Positions 34,371 through 47,764 of a DNA stretch of 64,000 nucleotides are shown piece by piece. Both the position numbers and the translations under genes were made by a program. The notes under the pieces are model-generated. The model worked only from the letters and a program-made list of their open reading frames with translations. It had not been told where the DNA came from and did no database searches. Within the stretch, counting starts at the first letter, position 1. Each line of letters starts with the position of its first letter. Source of the DNA: Setoptus koraiensis (Eukaryota > Animalia > Arthropoda); NCBI GenBank assembly GCA_048013815.1, contig CM106586.1:10478001-10542000 (forward strand), given 5' to 3'.

Positions 34371-36897
34371 CGACTATATGGCTGCACGTACTACGTGGCG
34401 GCGTCACGATCGCAGTTGCGTAATCGCCATCGCGGGCCGAAAGTGCGCTGAGTATAGGTGCAGTGTGTGTAAGTGTCAACTGGTTGCGACTGCCGGCCAA
34501 AAGTGTGCCCAAAAACGCATTGCACTGTTATCGCAACGGATATCTTGACGGTGCGCGGTTAACTGGCGCCAACTAATTCAATTGTCAATATAAATTATTC
34601 AATATCTGATATCAACACTGACGTTACATTACTGTTGCTGTTACTGTTGTTACTGTTGTTGCTGTTGTTGCTGTTGTTGTTGCTGTTGTTGTTTTACCAC
34701 CAATGCGGCACCGCACTGCGCATGTTCGCTGGCCGATCATTAGGTATGATTACATGATGAGATTATCATTACAATTGCGTCTCGTTTGTTTGCTAGTGGC
34801 GCACTGCAATTGTCCGCCGCTGCCATTGTCGACTGCAACACGACAAGAGCGGATAAGAGCGCTCAACGGCGGCTATGAGAGGGACTTTGTAAACTGAAAA
34901 CAAAATCAACGTCTCACCGCTAAAGGGGGCCGGTATGTGTGACAGTGTCGCACAGGGGGCCGGCAATCGCAAAAGTGATATAAAGATCAGAGATGGCGCA
35001 TGTCAAGTAGCGGGCGCTGCTGCTAGAGTGAGCGTGTAATCCGATTATGTCACACCGCGTTCATTATAGGACACACTGTCAATGTCTTACGCAACAACGC
35101 GATAAAGCGATAAGCAACTCAACTCGTGCGGCGCAACAACGCGTAGTACGCGCAAACTACGGCCACGGGCATAGCGAACAAAGTTATAAGTAAAGTATAA
35201 TGGCAATAGCAATAAGTAAGTGTTTGCCTATATTGCGGCCATTGCGTTGTGATCATCCGACGATCATCTGACGATCATGTGATGGTCGCGCCGGCGATCA
35301 GCTCGCCGGCGCAGGGGCCCCATTTACATAATATTGTTGTTGTGGGGCTATTGTTGCTCGCTTGCGTGCACTCGCTGCTGCGCTGCCGGCAGCTGCAGTG
35401 ATTGCCGAGAAATTAGGTAGTTGTCGAGTGATCGATCATGATACAAGGCTGCTCTCGCTCTATCTCGCTCACCGTTGCGAGTCATTGTGAGAGACGCGCG
35501 CAAAGTGAGACACACAAAGTGATTTGTTATATTTATATAAATAGAGATAATTGATTACTACTGATTGACTACTTGTGTGCTCGCCTTGCTAATCTTGGCG
35601 CGCTCGCGCGATCTCGTCGATGCCTCGTTGGCTCGCCGATACCTCGTTGGCCCGCCGATGCCTCGTTGGCTCGCAACGCTCCAGCAAATTTACTTATTTT
35701 GCTTATGCTCGAGCAAATCATCATCGCCATCGTACATTAGTGATTACATAACACACACACGATGACATAATCAATTCAACTTTCGCTCATGTCACATAAG
35801 CATAATATGTCAGGCATAAGTTGTAACAGTTGTCGCTTGCTCGCAATATCCACACAGGCAAGCGCGACAGGCCGAACGTAACTCAATCGCGTAATATCAC
35901 TCGATTCTATTTAGGGATATTCCTCGATCAGTCTGTCCAGTGGATTCGCCGGTGGATTCGCAAATAGATTCGCCGGTGGATTCACAAATAGATTCGTCAG
36001 TGGATTCAGCGAATGCCAACACATCATCGTTCATTGGACACCGTAAACGGTGAGCAGGGATGCTGGGCAGATATACGGATAGCTCCATTGGGCGTCCGAA
36101 GTGGACGCGTTAGCTTGTTTGCTCATCGTTGCGATAGCAAAACGTTTCGTCCCCAGCGAACGCACAAACCAGAATCGAGGCACCGAAATCAGAGCGGAAT
36201 TTCTCGGAATTTCTCGGAATTTCAAGTTGATTAACTTGACTGACTTTAGTTGTGATTCGCAATTCATTTTTTCCAAATTTGCTGTTTTTTTTTCATTGTG
36301 CGCCAGAGTGTCCGAAAGTTTCTTTTTCGCGCCCGAACCATGCGAGATCTATATCATGATATGTAATCGCGCAATTATGCTCATTCGACACACATTTTCC
36401 AAGCGCGGCTGCTTCCGTCCCATTTTCGGGCTGATCTCGGAATCGGACAATTCTCTGAAAATCGTTGAAATTTGTTCGAAGAAGTTCCGGTCTCTGGTTG
36501 TGTGCTCGAAGGAAGTGCTGCGAGTGTTCGCTTTTGCTGTCGTTTGAAAATTCTGTCATCACAACTTGTGACTCACAAGTTCAGTTTTTGCTGGAATGCG
36601 ACGATCTGAGCGACGATGGGCAAAAAGCGGGAGAGAAGTTCGAGAACGTTTTTCGCGAACACAAGAAAAACCTTTTTCTTCCATCATCGTCCAACTCGGT
36701 TTATTCCCGGGATTCGTATGCGTTAGGTCAGCTCGTCAGGTTGTATTTGTGTTTGCCGCTGACGGCGTTCTGTTGTAAAAATCGCTGCTAGCGAAAACAG
36801 TGATTTTTACAACGATTTTTACACTGATAATCAGTGGCGAGTAGTGGCGCCGATGCAAACTTTTCTGTCGCTCATAGCGCGTCGGCCGGTAAACTAT

Positions 36898-37060
36898 CCG
36901 AAAAGCGAAAATTCAGCCGAAAAGCGAAAATTCAGCCGAAAAGCGAAAATTCAGCCGAAAAGCGAAAAGTTGGACGAGAGGCGAAAAGTTGGACGAAAAG
37001 CGAAAAGTTGGACGAAAAGCGAAAAGTTGGACGAGAGGCGAGAAATTAGCCGAAAAGCGC
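36898..37060. repeat. Compound 18/20-bp array (AAAGCGAAAATTCAGCCG x3, then AAAGCGAAAAGTTGGACG-type x4)
   Basis: Read directly from the sequence. Confidence 0.9.
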
Positions 37061-38742
37061 GTGCCCAATGAAGCGTCCGCTTGGGCAGCATTCCCCGGCA
37101 GACGACTTGCTTGAAAACAGATCAAATCCAATATCTAACGCGCCAATATTATCACTCAATTTGTCGCTTTTGACACGGCGCATTAATGGAATTGACGGGC
37201 AAATTGGACCGGAGTCGTGCAAAGCGATGAATATTTAACTACTGATGCCGAGGCTCGTTGGGGGCCGCATTTCGCTCAAGTGTGCCAATTGTGCTGCGTT
37301 CACTTCCTCTCTGGCGACTTGGCCGGCGACCTGGCCGGCGACGTGTGCAACCGGCTTGCGACTCCGTGTATTAATGCTATTAATACTAATAGAAAACAAA
37401 TGCAACAATGGTCAATTTGGTTGCGCGGCCCACACTCTGGACACTCCAGACAATCGCCGGTATCCAGCGCCATCCAATGGTGTAATCGATCGGTGCAATA
37501 TGAGCACCGACAATTGTGAGTATGGGCGCCATTGAGCAACGCGATAACCAATGCACGTTAGCCAGGGCAAAATAATCGCCGGCGTAAAGGTTAGTTACGC
37601 CTAATGAATAGCATCACGAGTTCATTGAGTATCATTATGGGCAACATTCATATGGGTAAGTGTAGGCCGAAATATGATAAATATTTGCTTTGAACATGTG
37701 CTTTAACACCACCAATTTGATGGCATATATCACACAATGGGGCCATTGTTGCGACTGTTAGCCGATATCGGTTGCCATAGCAGCGGTGCATGTTTTATCC
37801 GGCGCCGTTGCAAAATGGGGGCCAATGATAGCGTGAGCGATAATAGAGTGAGTGATAATGACAAAATGGTTTAGTTGTTGTTGTTGTTGTTGTTGTTGTG
37901 TTTAAACATGACAATAATGACGCGACGACAACAACAATAGATACGGGCCGACAACAATTGAACCAAAATTAGGCAGAGAGGAGAAGAAAAAATGATGAAA
38001 ATTGTCATGCTCAGTGAAGCATCATTGATCGATTAATTCCCACTCCACTGGCCTGTTACATTTATGTCAGTTTATATGGTGTCTCTGTGCGTCTCGTGTT
38101 TGTGTCGTGTTCGCGGGGCCGCTTTGGCGTGGCTTTGATTGGGGCCCGTCGTCGGCGCGCCCGCCAGAACCGATCGAGCCGCTGCTCGAATCAATGGGCC
38201 GGCGACACGATGAGCGATGCACTCACACGAGCATGATACAACCACGGTGTTCGCAACAACGGCAACAACCATAGTGTTCGCGGCAACAACAACAGCAAGC
38301 AACAACAGCGACAGCGAGCAACCACGACAGCGAGCAACAACAACAAACAACGCCGGTGACTTACTTGCTAATAGGTATAATTGTCGCACTCTGAGGCCCT
38401 TTTCGCTGCAAACACAAACATAATAATATGAATATATATGTGTGTATATATATACATGATGATAATATAAATGGACTGGTGGCCAGAACTGGCGCCAGCG
38501 ATAACGTGTTGTCGGGCCATTATCGTCTCGTATGCCATTTCATCGACAGAATAAATATATATAAAAATATACAAATTGCTTGGCCGCACCATCACTATTC
38601 ATTTGAGTGGCACGATAATAAATAATGTGATTGCATCTTAATCACAATGTATCGCATTTCGGTTAATGTCGCCCGTTTGTATTTATGATTTGTGTGTTTG
38701 GCCGCCAAATAAATACAAAATCAACAAAATCAAACGCATGCT

Positions 38743-38788
38743 GTTGCCAGTTTTTGGTGCATGCTTGCATGCACCAAAAACTGGCAAC
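38743..38788. other. Perfect 22-bp inverted repeat with a 2-nt spacer
   Basis: GTTGCCAGTTTTTGGTGCATGC-TT-GCATGCACCAAAAACTGGCAAC. Confidence 0.97.
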
Positions 38789-39630
38789 TCACCGGCGCAC
38801 CTCGGCCCCATCGAGCCATACGGAATCTGGTTCGAAAGCGACGGTGAGCCTCGATTGTGACGGCCTGGTCGCTGCCCTCGGCCGGTTCTTTGGCCGGCAA
38901 CCCCAATCGGTGGTTTGGGCAACACCAAACGGTTGTTTGGGGCGCAACAACAGTTGCTTTGGGGTGCGTTCGTTCATTAAATCTCCATTCAAATCGATTG
39001 AGTCACTGCACGCGCACAATTACATGATGCGAGCACGATTTGAGCGGAGATCTAATGCTGTTTGGCTATCATTGTTCATCACGTAATTAACGCGGGCTCA
39101 TCACGACACCATTTGCGAGCACAATCCGCGCACACAATAGCCCACAAATGCATACAATATACAAATGATGCCTCATTTGCATATACCTGATTTGCGTACC
39201 GTAAACGCACGTATGCGACGCGTGATTTGTGTGATGCGCTGGCGTCGACTTAATGACCATCGGCTCGATGTTGCTCAATCAACGCAATTTTACTCGATCA
39301 ACTCAATTTTACTCACAAGCTTGCCAGTCGAGTCGGCGCCGGCGATACGCCAACGATCGGTGAGCGGATTGACGCACAAATTGACAAACTGGCAGTGGCA
39401 TAGTCAAGCGTCAGTCATGCAACAATGCGACAATCAATCCAATCAATTGTTAGTTACACACAGCAACACATAGGCGGCGCACATAGTGGATAGTGATATC
39501 ACCTCACCTTGTTAGTGACTAACTATATAATTATATAATCACAGGTGATGTCACAGGCACGCCTGACAAGCCCAACCGGGCGCAACTTAAATCTCAGATC
39601 AATTGTGCGACATGCTAGTGCGGTGCTTAT

Positions 39631-39706
39631 AGCCGCTTACGTAATGGCCGCTTATGCAATAGACGCTTATGTAATAGCTGCTTATATAATAGCTGCTTAT
39701 GTATTG
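39631..39706. repeat. 15-bp degenerate array whose units carry CTTACGTAAT/CTTATGTAAT-like bZIP sites
   Basis: agccgcttacgtaat, ggccgcttatgcaat, agacgcttatgtaat, agctgcttatataat, agctgcttatgta. Confidence 0.75.
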
Positions 39707-40445
39707 TATTGTATTGTATTATAATATTATAATCGACGCTCTGTCGCTCCAACTAACTAACTATTATGTAACCTGATAAGCTCGTCATACATTTTTCAGC
39801 GTCATCACCGCGAGTCAGTTCATTAGTGATTAGTTATAGCACCGGCACCATTATATGGGGTCTCGCACCGACACGAGTCGGTGTAACGCGAGCTCCCTTT
39901 AATTCATTAATTTGTTGAGCGCCTTTGTCGCCAGCTTGCAACATGTCGGGGCCCCTCAAAAGCCCAACAGGGTAGTGGAGCCCAACGGTAGTTGTTGTCA
40001 GTGCGACTTTGGACGGCCTAATGAGGCGCTGTCGTGTATGTTGCGCAACTTGTGCGCCATCGCTTCTAATCGCTTTCAGATGCGCAATGTGTGCCAGTTG
40101 GGGCCAAACACGCTCGACAGGTGAGACAGTGGCGAGTTTGAGATAATTAATAATTACTTATTGCTCATTATATCACTCATGTCATCGTATGTCACACGGG
40201 TGCTGCTACTGCTGCCAATGGTGGCATTAATCAACAATTAGTAGCGTTGCTCAAAGTCACTCAGTTCAACGGGGCTGTCGCAGTGTTTTGCCTTGTCAAC
40301 CATTCAATTAAGCGAAATGCGTTAGCGCCCTCTCTCCTCGAGTCGTGTACAGTGAATGGCCAGTGAGGGCCGTTGCACTCAGAGGGAGAGAGGGCGCTTT
40401 CTCTGGAGAAAAGTGGAGAAGGGATTTATTAGGTGATTCAATTAT

Positions 40446-40515
40446 GAGGCGATTCATTTACGAGGCGATTCATTTACGAGGCGATTCATTTACGAGGCGA
40501 TTCATTTACAAGGCG
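40446..40515. repeat. 16-bp tandem repeat x3-4 (GAGGCGATTCATTTAC)
   Basis: Read directly from the sequence. Confidence 0.9.
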
Positions 40516-41035
40516 AGGTGCGCGAGTAGACCGAACAAGCGGGCTCCAGTTTCGGGCTTATTCGCGGTTATTCGGGCTCCAGTTTCGGGCTCATTCGGGT
40601 TATTTGTTTTTGAGACGGACAGCGTTTTGAGTTTTGAGCGGAAATTCACTTTTTATCGCGCCCATGCCCAACTGACAATCAACCATCGGCTTGGCTCAAT
40701 TGGCAAGTTGAGCTCTATTTATCTATCGTGTATCTATTGTGCACGACGAGCAACTTAATGCCAGTAACTTGACTGAATATTCTCCATGTTCATGGGGCCC
40801 AAATGATCAATGACGCAACACACACACGCTTTAAATTGATTCGCCTAAATTAGGCGGCCTAATGATGCACTCTATTCATCAGCTGATCTATTTAGCTGTC
40901 AGCTGAATAGATGCGGCTGGTGGCCGGCTTGTTGACAACTGTCAAGCGAATGGCGCTCTGTCAACTGGCCATTGGCCAGGTACGAGATACTTTGATTGTT
41001 GTAGCGTTGGTTTGTTTGCTGTCGCACGCAAGCAA

Positions 41036-41086
41036 ACCAAACCAAACCAAACCAAACCAAACCAAACCAAACCAAACCGAACCAAA
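41036..41086. repeat. (AACCA)n pentanucleotide microsatellite, about 10 units
   Basis: Read directly from the sequence. Confidence 0.95.
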
Positions 41087-41793
41087 GTAGCCATAAACAG
41101 CCAACAATGGTTACGTAACTACTCGTTGGGTTGCCAGTATTTATGCCGGTATTTACATAACATTTAACATGGGCACAGCGTGTGTTTGGTTATGTCAGGC
41201 AAATGTCAACTAAGTAGCCATAGTTGAGTATGTGAACCATTGTGATGAGTTGTTGTATTGAAATCACGCAAATCATTCAGAACACATTGATTTGAATACT
41301 GCAACGTGCAGCCAAATGTCATTTGACAATTGTCAATTGTCAATGGTCAACAGCTGACCTCTTTTACCTGGCTACCTGGATGCGTGCAACTGCGTGTGTC
41401 AACAAACTCATTCTGTTTCGCCGATACATTTCGCACTACAATGCATTATACATTATATATAATATGTATTACGTAATATGTAATACATAATATGATGCAA
41501 CAGTAGTAACAACATAACAACAAAATAACAAACAAACAATCGACGACAACAAGCAATAAGCAAACAGTACAATTGCAACATGACATTAGCATGTGATATA
41601 GCAATCATTGCGTCATTGGCGTCATGATTTGACAGAGATGACAGTACCCACTGTATCTATCTCTGGCATTGTTTGCTCACTCACAATAGTCAAACTGGCC
41701 CACTCAGGCTAAACGTTTAGAGAGCTATTTGACAACATTTGTCGTTGTTGTTGCCGCTGTTGCTCTACTTAATAACTACGCCCTACTGTTACT

Positions 41794-41860
41794 ATTGTTA
41801 TTGCGTAATATTGTTATTGCCTAATATTGTTATTGCGTAATATTGTTGTTATTGCGTAAT
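41794..41860. repeat. 16-bp array x4 (TTGTTATTGCGTAATA) carrying ATTGCGTAAT sites
   Basis: Read directly from the sequence. Confidence 0.85.
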
Positions 41861-44800
41861 ACCGCGCGCCGCGTTATTTGAGCGGCATGTAAGTGAGCAC
41901 GTGCTGCACGTGTGTAATCTGCGCCCGTGTAAGCGGACGGGCCGGTGTCGGGCACGGGTTGTTTGCACGGGCATGCGAGCGACTCATTTGTGAGTCGTGG
42001 GGCCAGCTTACGCACTCGGGCCCGACTTATCGGGCCGGCGCTTAATCGGCCAAGACCAATTAAGCGTGTCGCCACTAGCGGGCGCTGGCGCTGTTATTGT
42101 TTGCCATCAATAATGGTCATCGTGCTCGACGGCGGCCGAAATGATTAGATTGGATTGGGCAGCGTCGATGATATGTGATCACATTAGGATTAACGCGGGC
42201 GCGCGCGCGCGTGCCACCATGGCAACGTGTATATTTATAGCCCAGATACGGCCTAGACGCGGCGCCGCTACGGCGCGGACATGGCGCGGATATACCGCGG
42301 ATATCGTGTGGATACGGCGCGGATATAGCGCGGATACGGCGCGGGCATCGCGTAGATAGGCACCGTGGGGATAGGGCGAGCATATAGGTGAGGGCGACTG
42401 ACCGGCGCCCACTTTCAAACTTTGTGCTCGTGCAAAGTTTACATTTACAAAGCGACCGTTTTAAGTGGACAAACGTGCGCTTACGTCAAGTTTCGGCAGC
42501 TTAACGGCGCCCGAATCGCGCAACTCGGGCGCCGGGCAATTTGCGGGCCGACGGGCCGCGGCACACTCCGTCGGGGCGATTGTGGGAGCCGACCGCAAAC
42601 GAGAGGGCGCGTTCGCCGCAAACGGAGCCGAGCAATTGAATCTAATTGATTACGCGCACACAACATTGCGTAACATCATTAGATGTAATGATTGTTTTGT
42701 TGTGGCTTTTGACGGCGGCGGCGCCGCCACAATATGCAAATTTGCTGGCCAACGAGCAAGTTGCGCCAGACAGCGCCTCTGGCGGACAAAAGCGACTGCT
42801 GAGTTCTGGCCACAATTGTGTCAGCGGCAATTGACATCACGGTACCCATGCCCACAATTGTACAACGATTGCCCTTTGTTTGCGTCCATCGCGCGGCCAC
42901 TCGTTAGTTGCGACATCGTTACGTCACTATCTTGTTACAGCTCTCATTGTTACGCAACCGTTACCTGTCGGCCGGCCGACGATGTGTTGCAACTTGCCCA
43001 CTGGCCCCCATTCCAATTTTCACGCAATCTGTGCACATTCACTGCCAATCTGTGCATATTCACTGCCAACGCGTGCATATTCACTGCCAATTTTGCATAC
43101 GCAATTGGCGCCCCTTTTGCGAGCTGCTCATTAGGCTGCTCATTACGTAACACACGTTAACGCGTAAATATTGCCTTGTGTTACATAAATTTACAGCCGG
43201 CCCATATCAAATATCCATACACACATAATATCCATACACACATAATATCCATACGTGTGTCAGCAAACGAGCTAGTTTGCTCACTCGATATTATGCTGCT
43301 CATTTGATATTGCATGCGGTGGCGGCCCTGCCAATTACTCGCTGGCGCCCCCAAACCCGTACCGTGCGACAAAAATAATGGTAGCTCATAATCTGTCCAG
43401 AGGCTTTTGTAGCGGGCAACGTTTATAATGTTGCCAGCTACAAAAGCCGAAACGGGCTCGCTGCACGCGCTCGACATTTCGGGGTACCGGGCCGGCTCGG
43501 GTACCCCATGTCGGACATACCTTACACATGTATTATACATGTGTAATGTCGCCTATGCGACATTACACGAGCGTCGGATAACGAGCTGCCAAAACAGTTC
43601 AATGGGGCCCAATTAATTATGGCCGCCACTCGTTGCTTATTGGTCGCCCTGTTGGCGCCAACGATGAGCAATTCACACATTCAAAGCTGCCCGTTGCTAA
43701 TCCCGACAATGGCCGATAGTTTAAAATTAACCCTGACAAACGAGCCCACACTGGTCTCACATTGTCTGGCTTTGGCCGTTTATTTGGCTGCGTTGGCGCT
43801 GTTGGCGCTGTCGGCGCCGTTGGCGCCCCCTAATGCCAGACTCTAATCATTAGAGCGTAATGAGCCAATTCGAAGCCGAGCAAAACACCGTTACATAACG
43901 ATGGACAATTGTGAGCGAAAGCACCTGTCCGGCTTGCGTTGTTCGAACGACCGCAACGCCGGATTCTGTTTTGTTTTGTTTTATTTTATTATTATTTTAT
44001 CGCTCACAACTTGTGAGTCACAAGTGTCAAGTGACAGCGTTGAAAAGAGCTCGAAATCGCGCGCCGCAATTGTCTAATTCGCAAGCTATTTCCATTACGA
44101 CGACGGCAACAACCGATACACGAGCAGTTGTGACTTTCTCGCAACTAACAACTATTTTGTGCACTGTTGCAAACTGTTGTAAACTATCGTAAGCCAGCTC
44201 TCGAAGCCGCATAGTCCACTGACCAGTCGCCTCCAATGCGACGGGTCAGTTATGAGGACACTGTGATTACGAGATTTTGAAATGTATGCGAGTGGCCAAT
44301 TTAACTTGGCCAGCTCGCATATTTACGTGAGTGCGTTGGTTGGTGGGCGAGTGCCGATATAATTTACATGACATAAACGTGTGGGGCGCCCTCTGTCGGT
44401 TGTTGGCCGAGGTCAGGTTTGAAATGTTTGGTTTGGTTTGGTGCGATATGCCGCTCATATCGTATGCGTTATGTAGTCATTATCGTTAGTGGTAGGCCAA
44501 TTGCGGTGCGGTTTAGTTTGCACAGTTTGTCGTTTACAACAGCGGTCAATCAATTTATAGGTTTATAGCTGGCCAGATTTAGTTCACGGGAGCGGCGTTA
44601 GGTGGGGGAGCGGTTGTTTGTATAGACACTATTGTATAGACACGATTGTATAGACAGGAACAACAATTATATAGACAGTGCGAGAGGCGATTGTGCAATC
44701 ATTGAGTGGGGCGCATTCGACAGGTTCGAGGGGCCGCTATTGACGGCGATACTGATGGCTATCTGATGCTTGTTCGGGCCACTTTGCGTGGTGCCATTAG

Positions 44801-45340
44801 GTGGGGGCACGTGCGATTAACGGGCGACCAGCATGCGACCAGCACGCGGCACGCATCCGACGAGCGAGGGCGCCTAGGCGCCTCCGTTAATGGCGCACGA
44901 GTCGCGAACGCGTATAGGTGGACAGCGAGCTATATAGGTACGTGATGGTGCCATTAGGGCGCGATTATTTTGTCGGAGCATTGTTATTTGATTGTTAAAG
45001 GAGCCTCGTCGGGCCGCTTGGCGGCGCCCGTGCATTCCGGTCAATTGCCATAATCAATATGATTGTTGTTGCCAGCATCGAGGATGCCAGTTGCGAGATG
45101 AAGTTGCCAAGATAAATGTCGCCCGTTTGGCATCATTTGGCTGGGCCTTGGCTGGGGCTTTGGGGCCGCCTTGTCGGCCTGTCAGTGTCAGCCGACAAAA
45201 CAAACAGATTGGCTGGCGCGCAACGCACAGCGCAAGCAATGTTAACTCATTAACTAGATTAAAATCAAGTGTCATTGTTGCTCGCGGGCCAGCGTTACGC
45301 AATTCACCGCGGCGCTGGGGCGCAGCGAGCCAGGGACCCA

Positions 45341-45470
45341 CAGTGAATTGCGTAACCGGGTCGCAGTGAATTGCGTAACCGGGTCGCAGTGAATTGCGTA
45401 ACAGCATCTCAATGAATGGCGTAACAGGGTCACAATGAATTGCGTAACAGTGTCACAATGAATTGCGCAA
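45341..45470. repeat. 21-23-bp array x5-6 (CAGTGAATTGCGTAACCGGGTCG-like) carrying ATTGCGTAAC sites
   Basis: Read directly from the sequence. Confidence 0.85.
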
Positions 45471-46844
45471 GACATACCAGCTTGTAAGACACACTGACAA
45501 CGCTGCCGGCATACGCAACAAAGCGGACGACAAGGTTGCTCGACAAGACCAACACAACCAATAATATTGGCAATAATAAATCACCACTCCTCGCTTGTAT
45601 AGTTGCGCTTGTATAGTTGCACGGTTGTTTAGTTGCATGGTTGTATATTATACGTTGGTGGCATGCTTTGGTTGCGCAATGCCGTCGGGGCCCAGATTTA
45701 ATAGCGGTCGGTACCGATGGGACGCGACCGTACGTGTTACGTAATGGAGTAATAGATGGCAGCTCTGCTGGCAGCCAGTGCGCCAATTGGGCCCGCGTCA
45801 CACATGAGGAGCGCGCCCTTCCGTTTGGTATCATCATCGGCGCAATTGATTCGGCTGTTCGACTGGTGCCCATTACGCCGTCAGTGTTGGGCCGACGCTG
45901 TGCCCCCGATGGCCGCAAGAAGAGGCGACTGACGGCGTCGCAAGCGCGTCGCAAGCGCGTGCAAACTCGTGCAAACGCGTGCAAGCGCGTGCAAACGCGC
46001 GCAAAGGTAAGGAGAGGTGCAGAGAAATAAAATTATTGTTGTCATTGTTATTCCGATCGCTTGCAGTTTTTTGCCGCCGTTGCTGCTGTTGTTGCTGCTG
46101 TTGTTGCTGCTGTTGTTGCTGCTGTTGTTGCTGCTGTCGGTGTTGCTGTCGGTGTTGCTGTTGGTGTTGCTGCTGGTGTTGTTCGCGTAGCGCCGGCACG
46201 GCGACAATCACGCAATCTATTTGTCTCAATTCAATCAATTTGTCTCTCAAGTGTCACACAAACACTATTACGTAACTATTCGCATGTGACCTGAACTATG
46301 CGCCATTGTTGTTGTTTTGGCTATTGTCGCAACACAACGCAACTGTCTCAACAAATTGCCCCCTCTCATGAGAATGTTTGTTTGTTGCGACAAACAAACC
46401 GTCTAATAGTTACACAACTATTAGAGATGTGGCCAACTCTCTCTAATAGCTTCTAACTTTGCCCCTCATCCACACCCAAGCGACATGATGGTCGTTTTTG
46501 TTGTTTATGTCGTGTCTCCATTATAGATGCGACCCATGCGACTATTCGCGGCGGCCCCAAACACCCCAACTACAAATCAAATACAAATCAAATACTTGAA
46601 TTGATTCAGTGCCGATGTGCGCATCCCATAAATTAATAATATGCTCCCTCTATGCGATTATCACAGCCCGATGGCGAGTGGCGGGCGCCAGTATATTGCG
46701 GATGTGCTGCCATCTGGCACCCCGAAATGCACTGACCAACACTTGGCTATTTTGCAGATTCGCGATCCGCGATCCGCGATCCGCGATTTGGAACTCGTGA
46801 TCGGGGCGGCAAGAGATTTCTCGCTCTCCCAGCCGCCGAGAGGA

Positions 46845-46916
46845 GGCTCCCTTCAGGGTCGAGGGAGGCTCCGTGCTCTCGCCCGCAGCAGAGAGCCTCC
46901 TTCCCCTGAAGAGGCC
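46845..46916. ncRNA. Candidate structured RNA / pre-miRNA-like hairpin
   Basis: 46851-46871 pairs with 46893-46911 (19 bp including one G-U, plus one 2-nt bulge). A 2x2 internal loop, 4 more bp and a 9-nt terminal loop follow. I found no match to a miRNA I recognise. Confidence 0.25.
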
Positions 46917-47764
46917 CAGCTCCCGCTAGCTGTCACTTGGTGCCGATATCTGCGGCCGCTACCCGCTGCCGCGTGCAAAATCGGGAAGCAAGAATACAAG
47001 GTGCACATAAAAGATGATCGCAGTATCACATGGAAAGTATGCGTTTTGTATTCATAGGTTAAAGGGCAGGGGCTGTCAATAACGGTGAATAGTAGCAAGT
47101 ATTCACCTACAAGCATATTCACCTACAAGCATATTCACTCGCAACCATATTCACACGCAGTCATATTCACACGCAGTCATATTGTCAGCTGGGTGCATTG
47201 GAGGAGGCAAGTGTCGATTACATAATATAATAATAATATATAATATACGATATAATATAATGCACGATGGGTCGCTTGAGGGAAAGCGGCGCCCGGAGCG
47301 CCCTCTCAAGTTGCGACGGGCAACTACGCGCCGAGCGCAAGATGTTGAGCATGTGTGTGCGCAGTCTCGGGCAGCGGCAGTGGCAACGGTACTCGAGTGC
47401 GCGCTGATTCATTTGAGTTTCGGCTGTCGACGAGCGAGCAAGTGTCCTAATGAACGCATAATTAATTAGTATTAGTGAGTCGAGATCCCTGACACTGTAT
47501 CTAGAGGCAATTAGAATGAATTAGGAGGCACCGATTGCTAATTGCAGATATTTGCAGCACGAACACGCAACAACTGCGCCAGCAGCAGCAGCAACAAGTG
47601 CACCGCCAACGACCGCCAACGACCGCCAACAACCAGCAACAACCGACACCAACAACCAACAACCGACACAAACAACCAGCAACAACCAGCAACAACAATC
47701 AGCAAACAACAACAAACAACAACAACCAGCAACAACCAGCAACAACCAGCAAAAGTGAGCAGCA

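Noticed and set aside
36170-36830. Less repetitive segment with ~90-150-aa ORFs on both strands, possibly a transposon or pseudogene fragment
   Set aside because: No transposase, reverse-transcriptase or other motif, and no termini or target-site duplication could be identified.
46826-46940. Resemblance to an HDV-like ribozyme core (CCCAGC...GCT)
   Set aside because: The L3 loop is too short, and no P1/P1.1/P2 pseudoknot pairing could be built.
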